Positions 1-12,891 of a stretch of 64,000 nucleotides of DNA are shown here, one piece after another (within the stretch, counting starts at the first letter, position 1; every line of letters begins with the position of its first letter). This DNA comes from Chara braunii (Eukaryota; Plantae; Charophyceae): positions 266,969 through 330,968 of the forward strand of contig BFEA01000008.1 of NCBI GenBank assembly GCA_003427395.1, in the 5' to 3' direction. Under the pieces are notes generated by a model, which worked only from the letters and a program-made list of their open reading frames with translations, did not search any database and was not told the origin of the DNA. The position numbers and the translations under genes are program-made.

Positions 1-133
1 TCCCCACCTCTCCCAGGTGCTTGTGGTGTCTGCTCTTATCAGCAGCACTAACACTGGCGGGGGNNNNNNNNNNNNNNNNNNNNNNNNNNNNNNNNNNNNN
101 NNNNNNNNNNNNNNNNNNNNNNNNNNNNNNNNN

Positions 134-1305
134 AAAAAAAAAAAAAAAAAAAGAGGTTGAAATGTTTGCAGTGGTTTAGGGTTAAACTCACGGGACTACC
201 AGTAGCAGTGCCTCGAGGAGCAGTGACAGTGCGACAAGAGGGATTGGGAACTTCACTGGTTTGGCGGTGAGAGAGACCCGGTAAAGAGCAAACTTGAGTT
301 GTATCCATTGGGTGCGTGGTGGGAATCCCGTCTAGGCAACTCAGGCTCCTTAGTGTTTTGGTCCTTTTGGACAGTGATGATGAGAGGGCAGCCTTGACAC
401 TGTTGATCTAGATTGGTGGCTACATTCACTATGGATATCTGTAGTAAACTTTGACCTCGTTTTCTAGTTGTTTTCTAGGCTAATATAATTTCTGTGCTGC
501 TATCTTTCAGCCATAGTTTAGGGCACCCTATCCCTCGGTATGTTGTTGTTTTCTGAATTTCATGGGAAGTGAAATTTGTATTGTTCTTTTGGGTTCTGTT
601 ACATGCATCACCTTTAGTGTTTCGTATTTAGAAACACGTAATGCAAACAGTTTGGACATAGTGTATTGTGGGTGGGTAGGCATTTGGTTTATATTGGTTT
701 TGATGTCTGTATGTTTGTAGTGGTTTAGGGCGAAATTCACGGGATTTGGACGATACGAGAGACCCGGTGAAGAGCAAACTAGAGTTGTCTCCATTGGGGG
801 CGTGGTGGGAAACCCGTCTAGGCAACAGAGGCTCTTTTCAGTGTTTTGGACAGTGATGATGAGAGGGTAACTCTAATGCTGCTTCTTCCTTCCCAGCTCC
901 TAGTCATTGAGCCTATAGGCTAGTTTTAGTTTCTAAGGTTCAGTCGGTTATCTGGATCCTGCCAGGAAGTAACACTGCTGATTTAGGCAACTGAGCACGG
1001 TTCAATAGTAAAGAATCGATGAGCGGCACTGCAATGATCTGCTAGGTGGCACAGACTGAACTCTAGCACCAAGTAGGACGGTGCCTTGTCTCTGCATGGA
1101 ATTACTTTGAGCTTTAAGGGATTTGGGAAGATGAGGGTAGACCAGTGAAAGGAAGGGACGCTGGACCCGTTTTCTAGCAACAGCCCAAGTAGGGCTATTG
1201 GTTTCATATCTTCCAGGTTGTTTGTGAGGAATTTCCGGCCTCCTTTCATTTGTGATAAAAGCTAATGATTCTTCCGAAAAAAACAAAAAAGACACAAAAA
1301 AAAAC
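134..1305 (+). mobile_element. Poly(A) retroposon fragment with duplicated GGTGGGAAACCCGTC module and LINE-type 3' tail
   Basis: Internal duplication (~165-400 vs ~715-870). Core GGGACGCTGGACCCGTTTTCTAGCA at ~1155, then an A-rich tail ~1277-1305. The 5' end is lost in a gap. Confidence 0.55.
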
Positions 1306-1779
1306 ACTTTTTTTTTTTTTTTTTTGCCTTTTGGACCGTTTCTCGATTTATGCGTGTCATCCTTTCGGACGGGCGATGCATTTTTCTGTTTAATTTTAAC
1401 AGATGTCCCGAGCGGCAGCTATACATGTTTTGAATCATGGGTCCCAAGTACTCCCGATGGAAATCCACACAACAGCACCAATCCCTGTGCCTCCCCTCAG
1501 GTCCCCTCCCCTGCGAACATCCAGACTCTGCTCAAAGCCGATCGGGGGATCCAGTGATCTATCAATAGGTGTTTGGCGCCAAGCATGCCCAGGAAGGTAC
1601 ATAAGGCCAAATCTACCGGCTGTCCCCTAGCCGGTACCGCCCACCTGCAGGTCAGGAGCAGCCCCCAGCATGTTCTCTTATGAACACGGTTCTGGCTGCT
1701 ACAGGGTTCCCCGTATGCCTACAATTAGGAGTAGTGGTAGGTAGGTCGTGTGAGGTGAAATTGAGAGAAGAACATAGCT

Positions 1780-2239
1780 TAAACCACCAGTACCTAGCCA
1801 TTGTTAAGGCCCGTGGCTCAGCCGACCACTAACCCAAACCTTGCTGAGCCTCGAGCTACCGGTAGGTACACAAAAAAAAAGAAAAAGAAAAAAAGAAAAA
1901 AAGAAAAACGAACAATTCTTCTGCCCAAAAAAACAACAAATTGAAAAACACAAAGCCGTTTTGCACTTCCCATCTTTGGGTCACAGGGGAGGGAGAGAGA
2001 GAGAGAGAAAGAGAGATAGCGCGGATCCTCAACGCGGACCCTCAAATTTGCAAAATGAGAATGAATCTCCCCATGGAAGTGGGGAGATTCGTTTGAGTTT
2101 TGTAACATTTGCTTATCCCGCTCCAAACTCTCTCTCTCTACTGTGCGGACCCTCAAATTTACAAAATGAGAATGAATATCCCCATGGAAGTGGGGAGACT
2201 CATTCGAGTTTTGTAACATTTGCTTGTACGTACGCGGAC

Positions 2240-2305
<66 letters not shown>

Positions 2306-2601
2306 GGCGAAATTGGCTGCGCCAGGCAAGTTTGGCAGCGCCTAACTTGCCGGCTGTCTCTCTCTCTCTTTCTCTCTAGAGCGCGGACCCTCAACGCGGA
2401 CCCTCAAATTTGCAAAATGAGAATAAATCTCCCCATGGAAGTGGGGAGATTCGTTCGAGTTTTGTAACATTTGCTTATCCCGCTGCGCCAAACTCTCTCT
2501 CTCTACTGTGCGGACCCTTAAATTTACAAAATGAGAATGAATATCCCCATGGAAGTGGGGAAACTTTGAGTTTTGTAACATTTGCTTGTATGTACGCGGA
2601 C

Positions 2602-2653
<52 letters not shown>

Positions 2654-2667
2654 ACGAAGTCGTCGTC

Positions 2668-2720
<53 letters not shown>

Positions 2721-2978
2721 CTCTTCCCCCCCCCCCGCCCCCCCCGGCCCCCGCAGGCGCGTTAAGTCGACGAGGGTCACAAAGAAATCCGTTCCAGTTT
2801 TCCTTTTGTTTTGTTCTTTTTTTTGGTAGAAGAAAATGGTTTCTTTTTTTTTTTAATTTTGCAATTGATTTTTTTTTTTGGGAAATTGCAGAGACCGGGC
2901 GTTTCCCTGACCCCCGAAAGTCACGGCGCGTTAATGGCTGCGACTTTTTTTTTTAGCTGGGTGAGGTACTGGTGGTTA
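1780..2978. mobile_element. Non-autonomous TIR element of the (TT)AAACCACCAGTAC family
   Basis: TTAAACCACCAGTACCT at 1779 and AGGTACTGGTGGTTAA at ~2963. The interior has four ~120-bp repeats (CGGACCCTCAAATTTRCAAAATGAGAAT...) and GA/CT microsatellites. Confidence 0.7.
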
Positions 2979-3299
2979 AAAAAAAAAAATCCACACAACG
3001 AGGCTTTCTTAGACTGCATCTGGATGCAATTACGCTTGAAAACATTACGGAAAGTGGAAAGTGCTTATTCGGAGCTAGTTGATGTCCATAGTACAATGGA
3101 CAAATCACTGTATTGTCAACCTACAGAGCTTATCGCTCCAGCAGGAAGGTTGCACATGCCTGCATTGCCCCGCTTTCCTAGATCTGGGGCCAAGTCCCAC
3201 AAACAGCGTTGAGTTTCCTTTACGTCCGAATCTGGACAAGTTTGTGGAGATGTGCGGATGAGTTTTTCCATTTTTTTTCCCTATAAACTGATCATTTCA

Positions 3300-4456
3300 T
3301 TTCATAATTAGTTTAGATATGGGTAGGTAGAGTAGCTACTTTAGGGATTAGGAATAGGCTGGGTTGTAGGAATAGGCTGGATTAAAACGCTAGCGCTTTC
3401 GCAAAACACATCCTTTGGAATCTATTCACGATGACCCAACAAGGTAGTATGGGTAGCGGCGTTTTCAGAGATTTTGAGTGGCTCAGGGATGAACTCTTCG
3501 TACTACAAGCAGCGGCGCCTCCTGGAGCAGTGTGAGTGCAACGAGGGGCGGTGGGAACGCTACTGGTCAGGTGGTAAGTGAGAACCGGTGAAGAACAAAC
3601 TTTGAGTTGTTCCCATTGAGATCAATATGCCATGAAGATCCAAGGGAGCGTGGTGGGAAACCCGTCATGGCAGCTCGGCTCTTTACAGGGTGTTTGGAAA
3701 ACCATAATGAGAGAGTAGCCCTGATGGAGAAGAGGGATTTTGTTGGGAGATGATCTAGCTGGCACATGATTTTGTCGTGGCTCCTAGATCTTTACCAGTA
3801 GATTTGGTCTTGTGGATCGGATAACGATATTGGTGTTTTGCTTTCTGAGTGCTGTTAACGCTTTCAGAAACACATCCTTTGGAATCTATTCACGATGACC
3901 CAATAAGGTAGTATGGGTAGCGGCACTACGGAGGCAGTGTGAGTGCTACCGGCAGTGGTGGGAACGCTGCTTGCTTGTAGTTAGCATAATTAGGGTAAGA
4001 AGCAAACTTGAACTGTATCCATAGTGAATTAGGGTAAGAAGCAAACTTGAACTGCATCCATAGTGATCTTGGTACGTTGATTGATATCGTCTCTGAAGAT
4101 CCAAGGGAGCATGGTGGGAAACCCGTCTTGGCAGTTCAGTCTTCCTTGAGTTTACAGATCTGTACTTGGTCTTTTTTCTGTAAGATCTTGAAGCGAAGCT
4201 GGGTAAGGCTCCCAGAGAGATCACCAGGAGACCCGGGCATGAATTCTTCAGTAGTTCTTGGCTGTTTTGCTCCCCTTACTCTAGATTCCTAAAAGTTTTG
4301 CCCCAGTTGCTCACTTTCTTTGTAGTTGCAGACCATGGGACGCAGGACCCGGTTTCCAGCACAAGCTTCACTGACGGGTTGAGATGTTGAGGGATTCCCG
4401 ACCTCATTCAATTACTTTAATAATATAAGCTGCGACTCTACGTTAAAAAAAAAAAA
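3300..4456 (+). mobile_element. Poly(A) retroposon fragment, same family as 134-1305
   Basis: GAAGATCCAAGGGAGCRTGGTGGGAAACCCGTC at ~3635 and ~4096. Core GGGACGCAGGACCCGGTTTCCAGCA at ~4337. Poly(A) at 4445-4456. Confidence 0.55.
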
Positions 4457-6092
4457 GAATACATCAGGTTAGTACTTAATTTTATGCAGTCAGGAGCTGC
4501 ATTCAAGAATGGCCTTCGAGTCACGTAGGGCTTTCCCTATAAGCTAAGGGCCTCCGTCGACTCTCCTCAGGGCGTGCTCGGCTCCGAGGATAAGTCCTCA
4601 GGGAAATTTTGAAATTTTGGCGGCGTTGTTCCACCTATTCTTGGGGAATGGCCCCGAGGACGAATCCTCGGGGATTTCCCGCGGCCAATTTTAAACGATG
4701 GTGTGTATGTGGTGCGGTCTGGGATGTCCGCTCAAGAGGCATGTTGGTCCACAGGCGACGGGTGTGAATACCTTGGGGGCCACAAAGATGGTCGTTCCTG
4801 TGATACCCATAGGACAGAGTGAAACCCGCGGACGAGGATACTTGCCCGCAGGTTGCCTCCTGTTTTCTTTTCTTTTTTTTTGGCGAAACTACATGGGAGT
4901 CACAAAATCCAGATTTAATTGTACTATGGGCCAAGATACAGCCCCGTCCAAAATTTTAAATTCGAGTTCCAGCGAGGGACAATGGCTAGGCGGCACACAG
5001 GCATTCCCATCGCGGTGGCTAGGCAGTGTATATGTTGTTTCCTTGCCATCCCTTTCAGGCCGTCTCCTTCTCGCCCCGTGAGTGAAGACGCCGCCGCGCA
5101 AAGTGTGGTGGAAGGTGTGTTTGGCGAAAAGGACCGTCGTCAAGTTGGCTCCTTGAGTGATAGGGCGTGGGCTTGGAGCATGTGACGAACCGCTTCCCGA
5201 CCCCGTGCCATCTTTCGTACCCTTTCTTTTGCTTGTATCATACCAACCCCAGGAAAACCCCGTTTTGAGTTTTTGCTTTCGGGTGCCGCATTTTCCTCTT
5301 TGAGAGCTTTTTCGACTGCTGAGTTCTGTTTTTCTTCTTGCGAAGTCGGGAAATACATGGGAATTTACGTGCGCCTTAGCAAGCGCACTTTTTGGGTGTG
5401 TGAATGTTGGGAATTGGGCTCGGTAGTTGGGAATTCCGGGATAAGCGAAACTTCGACGTGTCCTTTTTGGGTGTGTGAATGTTCTTGGGCGCGTCGGGGA
5501 AAGCTCTCGGAATTTTGCGTGAATACGAGTAGGCGTAGGATTTTCTTTTCCCGCGTCGCTTTTTCGCGCGAGGATATGGTGATTTCAATTTTGAATTAGG
5601 ATAGAAGCAAGTTGTAACTGTTTCGGTGCCTTTTTCTTTTTTTGTTGACAACACCATGCATGCAAAAGCTTCCTCCTAAAAAAAAAAAAAAAAAAAAAGC
5701 TTCCTCCTCTCTGTCCCCGGCATCGCTCTCTCCCACACCTCCCTTCCCTTCTCCCTCCTTTTTCTCTCTCCCCGTAACTGTTTTTCCTCCTCCCTCTCTC
5801 ATCTGAATCTTGGACCCGTCTTGCGCCACCTCTTGCGCCTTTTTTCTTCTCACCCTCTACGTCTGGCATACGACGCCCGGTCGATCCCCCGATAACTCCC
5901 GCTCACCAATTAGGTGCGTGGATCGATAGGACCTTCCTATTGCGCGACGAATCTGATTGGTTGAACCTTGAGTTCGGAGGGATCAGCATGGCGTTCCTAG
6001 AGCACTCTTCTCAAAGTCTTCTCCTCCTGCTTCTCCTCTTACACCTCAACTTTCCTGTCGCCTTCTCCCCCTTCTATCTCCCCTGTCGCAAC

Positions 6093-6099
6093 TATAAAA
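6093..6099 (+). promoter_or_regulatory. Candidate LTR TATA box
   Basis: TATAAAA in a pyrimidine-rich context, ~30 nt upstream of an Inr-like TTACATTCTC, inside the solo LTR. Confidence 0.4.
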
Positions 6100-7142
6100 C
6101 CCGCAAGTGCGTTCGCAAACCTCTCTTACATTCTCGACTCTCAAGCCAGCTTTCGGGAAGCAGTGGCTAGGCAGATTGTTTGAAGCAAGTCGGAAAGTCC
6201 TGTCGGGCTGACGATAGGCTAGCCGGTTGCGCACTGGATCGCCACGACGGACTGTGGGATCTGGGTGAACCGTGTCGAGTTTACGACAGCGGGGTGACAA
6301 TCGCAGTGGTGGGAGTTAGCACGCGATGGTCGGGATCGTCGGTGCGGGTATGAGGCTCGATGATTAGAGTTGAGTGAGTGATCGGCCCGGGGCCATAGTG
6401 GAATTAACGGCGAATGCGCCTTTGTTGTGGATTGTTATCCTTGGCATGAGTGTGAGGCGGCGACGCCGAACTTTTCTCTTTTCGGACCTTGTCATCTTCT
6501 ATTTTGACTCTCTTCCCTCAACTCTCTCTCTCCCTCTCTCTCTCTCCTCTTGAATGATGGTGCGTCTGAATGATTGTCCCGCTCTTGAATGGGAATGAGT
6601 CGGCACTCTGTGTGAAAGAACTTCTCCCGGAACTCTTCCATTAGTTTCCTGGGTAATCCTCCTACGCAAGGACCTTGTCTTCTTGTCTTGTGAACGGTGG
6701 ATGCGTGTGTACTGAGTAATGCGATCCATCTTTTCCTGTGCATGTCTCATTTTCGCACCTTCCACAGTGACTACATGTATGAAATGTGTAACTCTTTTGT
6801 TGATTAGACGATTGTCGTCGGGATTTTGTTCGAGAATGCAAGAGAGTTTAGATCTGTAGCTCTGTCTGTACTGCACATGCCATCTGCCTTATGNGTTTAG
6901 ATCTGTAGCTCTGTCTGTACTGCACATGCCATCTGCCTTATGCTGCACGACATCAGCAGCCGAGCCACGAGGCGGCCTCGAAAAACAAGGCGCCAAGGAC
7001 CAAAGTTGTGTTGAACTGATCGGTTCCTTAGTCATCTACATAATCAGGCGGATTTGTGTTTGCTCTCTCTCTCTCTTTTGTCAAAAAGATTGATTGGGGG
7101 ACGCGCGAATCGCTTTTGATGACGTCTCGAAATATTTTGTGA

Positions 7143-7691
7143 TTGATTGACATGCGGACTGACAAGTACCCTCCAATTGGGCGCCAGCCTCCCGTATCTC
7201 CCATCTCAACGCGACCTTTTCCCTACAGTGAGGAAATGACACGTGTATGTGAGTGGGACGTACGAGAAGCCGTCGCACAAATCGGCGAGCACTATTACCT
7301 CCCTTCAGCGATTCGTTGTTCAGGGTTTGTAGACGCTGGATTTGTCATTATCGATACGCACTTTCCACCCTACTCGATATTGTTGCCATTTAACGAGCTG
7401 ATCGTCATTTCGTGGACGGCAGTGGCGCCCCATTGGCCCCACACTCTGTGCACGGAGTGCCAACGTTTCGATCGCCGCGAAGCGAAGGGCTTCCACTACC
7501 GAATACGGAGTGAGGACGAGCGTAAGGAAAGAGCCACTCGGCTGAGACCATCCACGTCGGACTCGGAACTGACCAGCGAACGACGACGAGATCTGATACG
7601 AAAACGAGACACGCGAAGCATGCCAAAGCCTTTCCGTTCTAAACGACGGGCCGTAGCCCGGTGGGAAGCCCGACAATACTTTTTGGATTGA
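7143..7691 (+). CDS. LTR-internal ORF of unknown function (182 aa)
   Basis: Its C-terminal half aligns with ORF 46686-46952 (KERATRLRPSTSDSEL...EARQYFLD* vs KEKAVRLRPCNSDSEL...EVRRYFLN*). The stop lies a similar distance from the LTR end (231 vs 209 nt). Confidence 0.5.
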   Translation: MIDMRTDKYPPIGRQPPVSPISTRPFPYSEEMTRVCEWDVREAVAQIGEHYYLPSAIRCSGFVDAGFVIIDTHFPPYSILLPFNELIVISWTAVAPHWPHTLCTECQRFDRREAKGFHYRIRSEDERKERATRLRPSTSDSELTSERRRDLIRKRDTRSMPKPFRSKRRAVARWEARQYFLD

Positions 7692-9431
7692 ATTTGGATC
7701 TTTCTGTTTTCGCGCCATGACCGCGCGTGCATTCTGCGACGCGCGAAATTAATCGACTTGCTACATCGGACTTACATGGGGGATTTCAGTTCCATTTGTG
7801 TCCCCACACTCAATTTCCAAAAATCCTTGGCACACCCCATCTTGCTGTTTTTCTGGGCCCCTTTCTGCCTGCCTAACACTCCGAACGGAAGACAGCACAG
7901 GGCGTGAGGTTAGCGCGTCACAAGCACGAGCTTAGGTGGGCGAAGACTTGTATTGTGCCATCATCCGTTCCTGGCGTGGCGCGTGGACGTGGACGCTGAG
8001 GACGCATGTACACGGGGAATGAGGCAGGCTTGCGGGTGACCACGTCTTTTCAAAGTCCGTGGGCAATGGAGGGTACCCCTAAGCTCGTTAGAGATCGAAA
8101 AAGCACGAATAACAAAACTCAGGGCTTCGGAAGTTCGTTTAGGTACAGAAGCTGGTACGGCACGTCCCTGTACTCGGGGTGGATGCAAGCGCCCTTGAAA
8201 TCGTGTGCGCAATGGAGCCAGGGGATGTGCAAGGGTTCTTGGTGGCCAGTTGCGGGTTGCATCCCGGATCTCTTCTTGCACCTTTTATGCAGACCCTGGT
8301 GGAATTGGCTGGGTCTGGCGGTGGGGGGAGGTACGGTGGGCGAGGAGAGGAGGGGTTGTTTCCATGGGGTGGAGGGGAAGATGGGGAGACGTATTCTGTG
8401 GTTTTCTTCGTGGTGAAGAGAGTGTGGGAAGTAGTGATTGAATCTTGTCTTGCCTCCTCGCTTTCTGAGGGGAAGGGTCTCAATTAGCGATGTGCTTATA
8501 TCGCCGTTCTATCCTAGTTAGTGCTCGCCCTTTGGGTCGCCGTTCTATCCTTGTTAGTGCTCACCCTTTGGGTTGGTGGCTGACTTAATGTGTTGGAAGG
8601 GAGGCACATGTCATTCTTTCATAGCTAGGGTGTTCCAGTATGTGTTCTATGCCATGATGATTTGCAGGCATAGGTTCAAAGTTTCTTTCAATTTGTGTGC
8701 TGCCCTTGGGGCTGGGTTTGTGTCAAATAACAGTTGGGCAGGAGAAACATGATGTAAGTACTAGGCCCTCATTACCCTGGTGTCATCCTCTTTGCCCTAT
8801 TCTAATCTCCCCCACTCCTGACAACGCAGAATGGTTAAAGTAGGGGTAAATGAGGAGAGCAGGGCAGAGCTTGATTCTGCACACAACGGGGTTAATCCTT
8901 CCTTACAGGGGAAGCAATCAATGCCCCTTGCTCACGTTATATTCGTGTCATAAAGGGAAGCTGTCTCCAGGTGAGCAGTGGCTGAGGCTCTTCCAGCCCT
9001 AATGGGAAGAGGTGTGTGTGTACACGTTGTAATCAATTTTGTAATGGGAGCCTTAGGCACTGGGCCCTTTTCTTTTGTAAAGGAAAGGGACACTGGACCC
9101 AGTTTCCAGGAACCTTCAGATGGGCTATGGCCCGAGCATGCTTGTACTGGGTTGATTGTGGGGTGTATTCCCGTGGCCCAGTGTTTTCGCTGCGGAATAT
9201 AAATGGTGATTGTTCCTCTCCCCCCCCTCCCAGAGGACATTTTTATCCCTGGGCAGGGGCCCTGCCAATGTTCTTGTATGCATTGGCCCTAATTTATTTA
9301 TTTATTTTGGGTATATATGTATATATCAAGTCCATCACCCACCTTCCCCCATTTCCCTTTTTTTTCCTCTTTTGGAAAAAAGGGAGACGGCCTTGAGAAA
9401 CCATTGTTCAAAAAAACAAAAACAAAAAATC

Positions 9432-10226
9432 GGGAAAATTTTCGAAATGCCCCTGAAGTTTGTGTTTATTTGCAGCGTGCCCCTGTGAAGGCTGACTTAC
9501 CCTGTTATGCCCCTCGGGCCTCTGAAATTTTCCCCAGGCCCCTGTCAGCATGGGGCATAACTTTTTGATATGCCCTTACTGGACCGCTGGTGGCGTTTCG
9601 TCGGTCCGTTCTTGAAATGCCCTCACGAGGGGCACACATCTTTCTATGATGCCCTTGCAGCAGCGGCGGCATGAATTCGAACTCGGAAATGGTAGGTATT
9701 TCACGCCGTCACGGAAAAATGGTGCAGCAGTCAGTCTTCGAGTTCGCCGCACCATGGATCGCTGCTCCGTCCTCCTCCACCCATGCTCACGGCTCTCCTC
9801 CCTCGTCCTCCACCCATGCTCGTCGTTCTCCTCTCTTCTCCTCCAGCCTCCATCCTCTATCCTCGTCCATCGTCGTAGTCCTTGTCCTCCGTACTCCTCT
9901 TCCCTCCTCTTCTCTCGTTCTCCCTCCTCCAACTTTCTCGTTGTCACCCCTCCCTCTCCTCCTCCTCCTTGATTGTCGACCTCCTAACCATCAGCATGGC
10001 GTTCTTCTTGGCGTCATTGCCCGTGCACGCGCGCGCATCTGTATGTGTCTGTGTGTGTGTGTCCGTGTGTGTGTGTCCTCCCTACTCTTCCCTCCTCTTC
10101 CCTCGTTCTCCCTATTCCAACTTTCTCCACGTCACCCCTCCCTCTCCTCCTCCTCCTCGATTGTCGACCTCCTAACCATCACCATGGCCGTTCTGGCGCC
10201 ATCGCCCGTGCACGCACGTGCGTCTG

Positions 10227-10287
<61 letters not shown>

Positions 10288-11067
10288 ACTAGTTTGTTGG
10301 ACAGGTGGTATATGAAGACGAATCGAAGGTCCTCCCTACTCCTCTTCCCTCGTTCCTCCCTCGTCCAACATCGTCATAGTGCTTGTCCTCCGTAATCCTC
10401 TTCCCCCCTTTTCCCTCCTCTTCCCCCATACGGACTGTGAGTGTCAACAACGGCGACAGGGCTTGCTGGAAAGATGGACAGTACCGGTAAGGGCATATGG
10501 GAAACATTTCTGCTGGATCTAGGGGCATATGAAACATGGTGGAGGCCCAAACGACGCCAGGGGTTTTCTGGAAACATCATTCGTCGTCAGAGGGGCGCGA
10601 CAAGGTAAGTCGGCCGTCAGAGGGGCATGCTGCAAATCTGTGTAGCACACCGAACGTATTCGGCGCCCCACCGAGCATCCGAACGTGTTCGGGCGGTCGG
10701 CCGAGCGCGAACCGAACATGTTCGGCCGAGCGCAAATTAGAGGGCTGCTGAGCGCGTCCTCGTGTGTGTGTGGTGTGTGGGGTGTATGTGGGGTGTTTGT
10801 GGGATGTCTGGGGGTGCGTGTATATGGTGTGTGTGTGTGTGTGTGTATGTTTAGGAGTCATGAGCGATGACCCCCAGGGCCCCCCAACCCCTATATATAT
10901 AAAAAAATAAATTAATAAAATAAAAAAATAAAAATGTTCGGGCTCGGTCTATTTTGGGTCATGTTCGGGCTCGGTACCGAGCGTTCGGGTTCGGTCACCG
11001 AGCCCGAGCGCGATGCTACGCAGCTGCAAATAAACGCAAACTTCAGGGGCAATTCAAAAATTTTCCC
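9432..11067. mobile_element. Non-autonomous Mutator-like element (MULE)
   Basis: ~45-bp TIRs GGGAAAATTTTYGAAWTGCCCCTGAAGTTTGYGTTTATTTGCAGC and a 9-bp TSD cAAAAAATC / aAAAAAATC. An internal inverted segment lies at ~10480-10640, and there is a CT-rich internal duplication. Confidence 0.8.
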
Positions 11068-11219
11068 AAAAAAATCAGTGGAACTGACCGGGCCTAGGTA
11101 TCCCTGGTGCAGTGTGTCTGATTTCAAAAGGCCAAGGTAATTTAGAAATTCCTTCAACTAGTTCATTCAGCATTCGAGGTTAGATTCACATTTCAATGGT
11201 TCGCTGGTGTACGAACTGA

Positions 11220-11696
11220 GGGCACACTCACACTGCCGTACCAAATCCGTATAATCCCCAAAATCCCCCAAAAAGAGACTCCAGGGGCAGTCATGCCGAG
11301 TTCGTATTTTTTCACCCAATTCACATTTTCACAAATGACTTCTTCGGGAACTCTTTTGTCAGCGGCCTGAGGAGCCGCCGGGGTTGGGAAGCACAGCAAA
11401 TTCCTTATTCTTTTTTGAATTAGCTTTTGGAACGTGACATAAAATTCGTAAACGGAGATATTGGCGCGATAGCAATTGGGAAAACTTAAAAAATATATAT
11501 ATAGAAACATCTGGTGAGGGAGAAGGGTGTGTGGTGTGTGACTGGCTACCTCCGAAGCTCCACACTGGGTGAGCTGCTGCAACCAGGAAATGTTAAACTT
11601 GGGGACATGGTGCAACTGGCGCCACCATTATTTCCCCAAATCAGGCCTTACTATTTTAAGATTATGCGGATTTGCTACCGCAGTGTGAGCATGCCC
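11220..11696. mobile_element. PIF/Harbinger-type MITE
   Basis: TIR GGGCAYRCTCACACTGC with 3-bp TSD TGA on both sides. Confidence 0.8.
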
Positions 11697-12164
11697 TGAG
11701 CTATGCCCATTTGGGGACATGGGCTACCCCACCAGAGTTGGTTTTGTCATTTTTGTCTTTTGCATGTCATCCTCGTGCAGGGGTTATCTAATTAATCTTC
11801 TTCTCTGAATGAGACTGAATCTTTCCAATTTATCCCCAAAGCATGATGCCAATTCCATGTCCAGCAGGATTATGGTCCCTAGTATAACGAATGCCAGGAA
11901 GGACCGCAGGGCCGAGGTCCCACTTGCACGGATTGAGACCTTTTTTGTAAGGGGTTTGAGACATTTCTGTTTCCCATTGCCTGGATTAAAGCACCAGTTC
12001 ATGGGCACCTGGGCCGCAGGCCTGACACCTCAAACTCTGGAGGCGCGAAATAAAAATGCAACACCCGATCGAATCGGCGGGCCCAGTGTTTGACGTTTCG
12101 GCCTCGTTTTCTTATGGCAGCAAGTTTCGGACTGCAAGGCTGGGGCCGTGTACTTGTGGTTTAA

Positions 12165-12891
12165 GGGCATACTCACATAGCGACCCCAAATCTGCGGAGT
12201 ATGCGGATTTGGGAAGGGCTGAATTGAGGTATTGGGCATTGTTCAGGTCGCACTGTTGTACCTTTTCAGATGGGACAAGGCCCTGGCCGTCTGGAGCAAT
12301 GGCAATTTGGTACTTTGCTGGTGACACGGCGCCATCCACAAATTGTGCAAGAACTTTTGCGAACGAATTTTCACCAATTCTCGAAGACAATGATAAAAAA
12401 CAAATAGGGCATTTGCGGTCACCTCCAGAGGTGACCGCAAATTCCCTTGCCCCGCGGCTACACAGGCCGCTGACAAATGGGCACACCAATTGTATATTTA
12501 GGACTTTGGCAAAGCTGTGTGACCGGTCCTGGACCGGTCACACTGCTTCCCCATTTCGCGACAAACATGGTTGGGGCCACCTGGATTTGGGGTCCTCTTC
12601 GACGGCTCCAGTCACACTCCGAGATCGCATTTCCTGGCATTTCCTGGCAATATCTTTGTCTTTGAATTTCTTTCCATTTCCGCAGGTTGATTCCAAACAG
12701 GAAAGGGAATTTGCGGTAACCTCCCGAGGTTACCGCAAATTCCCAACCCCCCCCGGCCCCTCAGGCCACTGACAAATGGGGTCACAAAAAGTAGTTTGGC
12801 GAAATGAGATCCTGGTGTGACTATCCATAGACACTATTTTTTCAGGATTTCGGGGATTATGCGGATTTGGTACTGCAGTGTGAATGTGCCC
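12165..12891. mobile_element. PIF/Harbinger-type MITE, same TIR family as 11220
   Basis: GGGCATACTCACA...TGTGAATGTGCCC with flanks TAA / TCA. It abuts a GTACTTGTGGTTTAA end of the TTAA family. Confidence 0.65.

Larger units (their letters stand above)
5181..7922 (+). mobile_element. Solo LTR (Ty3/Gypsy-like), 2.74 kb
   Basis: Termini TGTGACG...CGTCACA with 4-bp TSD AGCA (5177-5180 / 7923-7926). TATAAAA at 6093. The 3' part is homologous to 46100-47161. Confidence 0.8.

Noticed and set aside
2410-2956. ER/SL/HT/CV-repeat ORFs (also 9671-10395, 31483-32175, 59070-59565)
   Set aside because: Translations of microsatellites.
6846-6943. Exact ~48-bp tandem duplication
   Set aside because: The copies are separated by a single N, a scaffolding overlap artefact. 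The same applies to 55945-56133 around the N at 56039.
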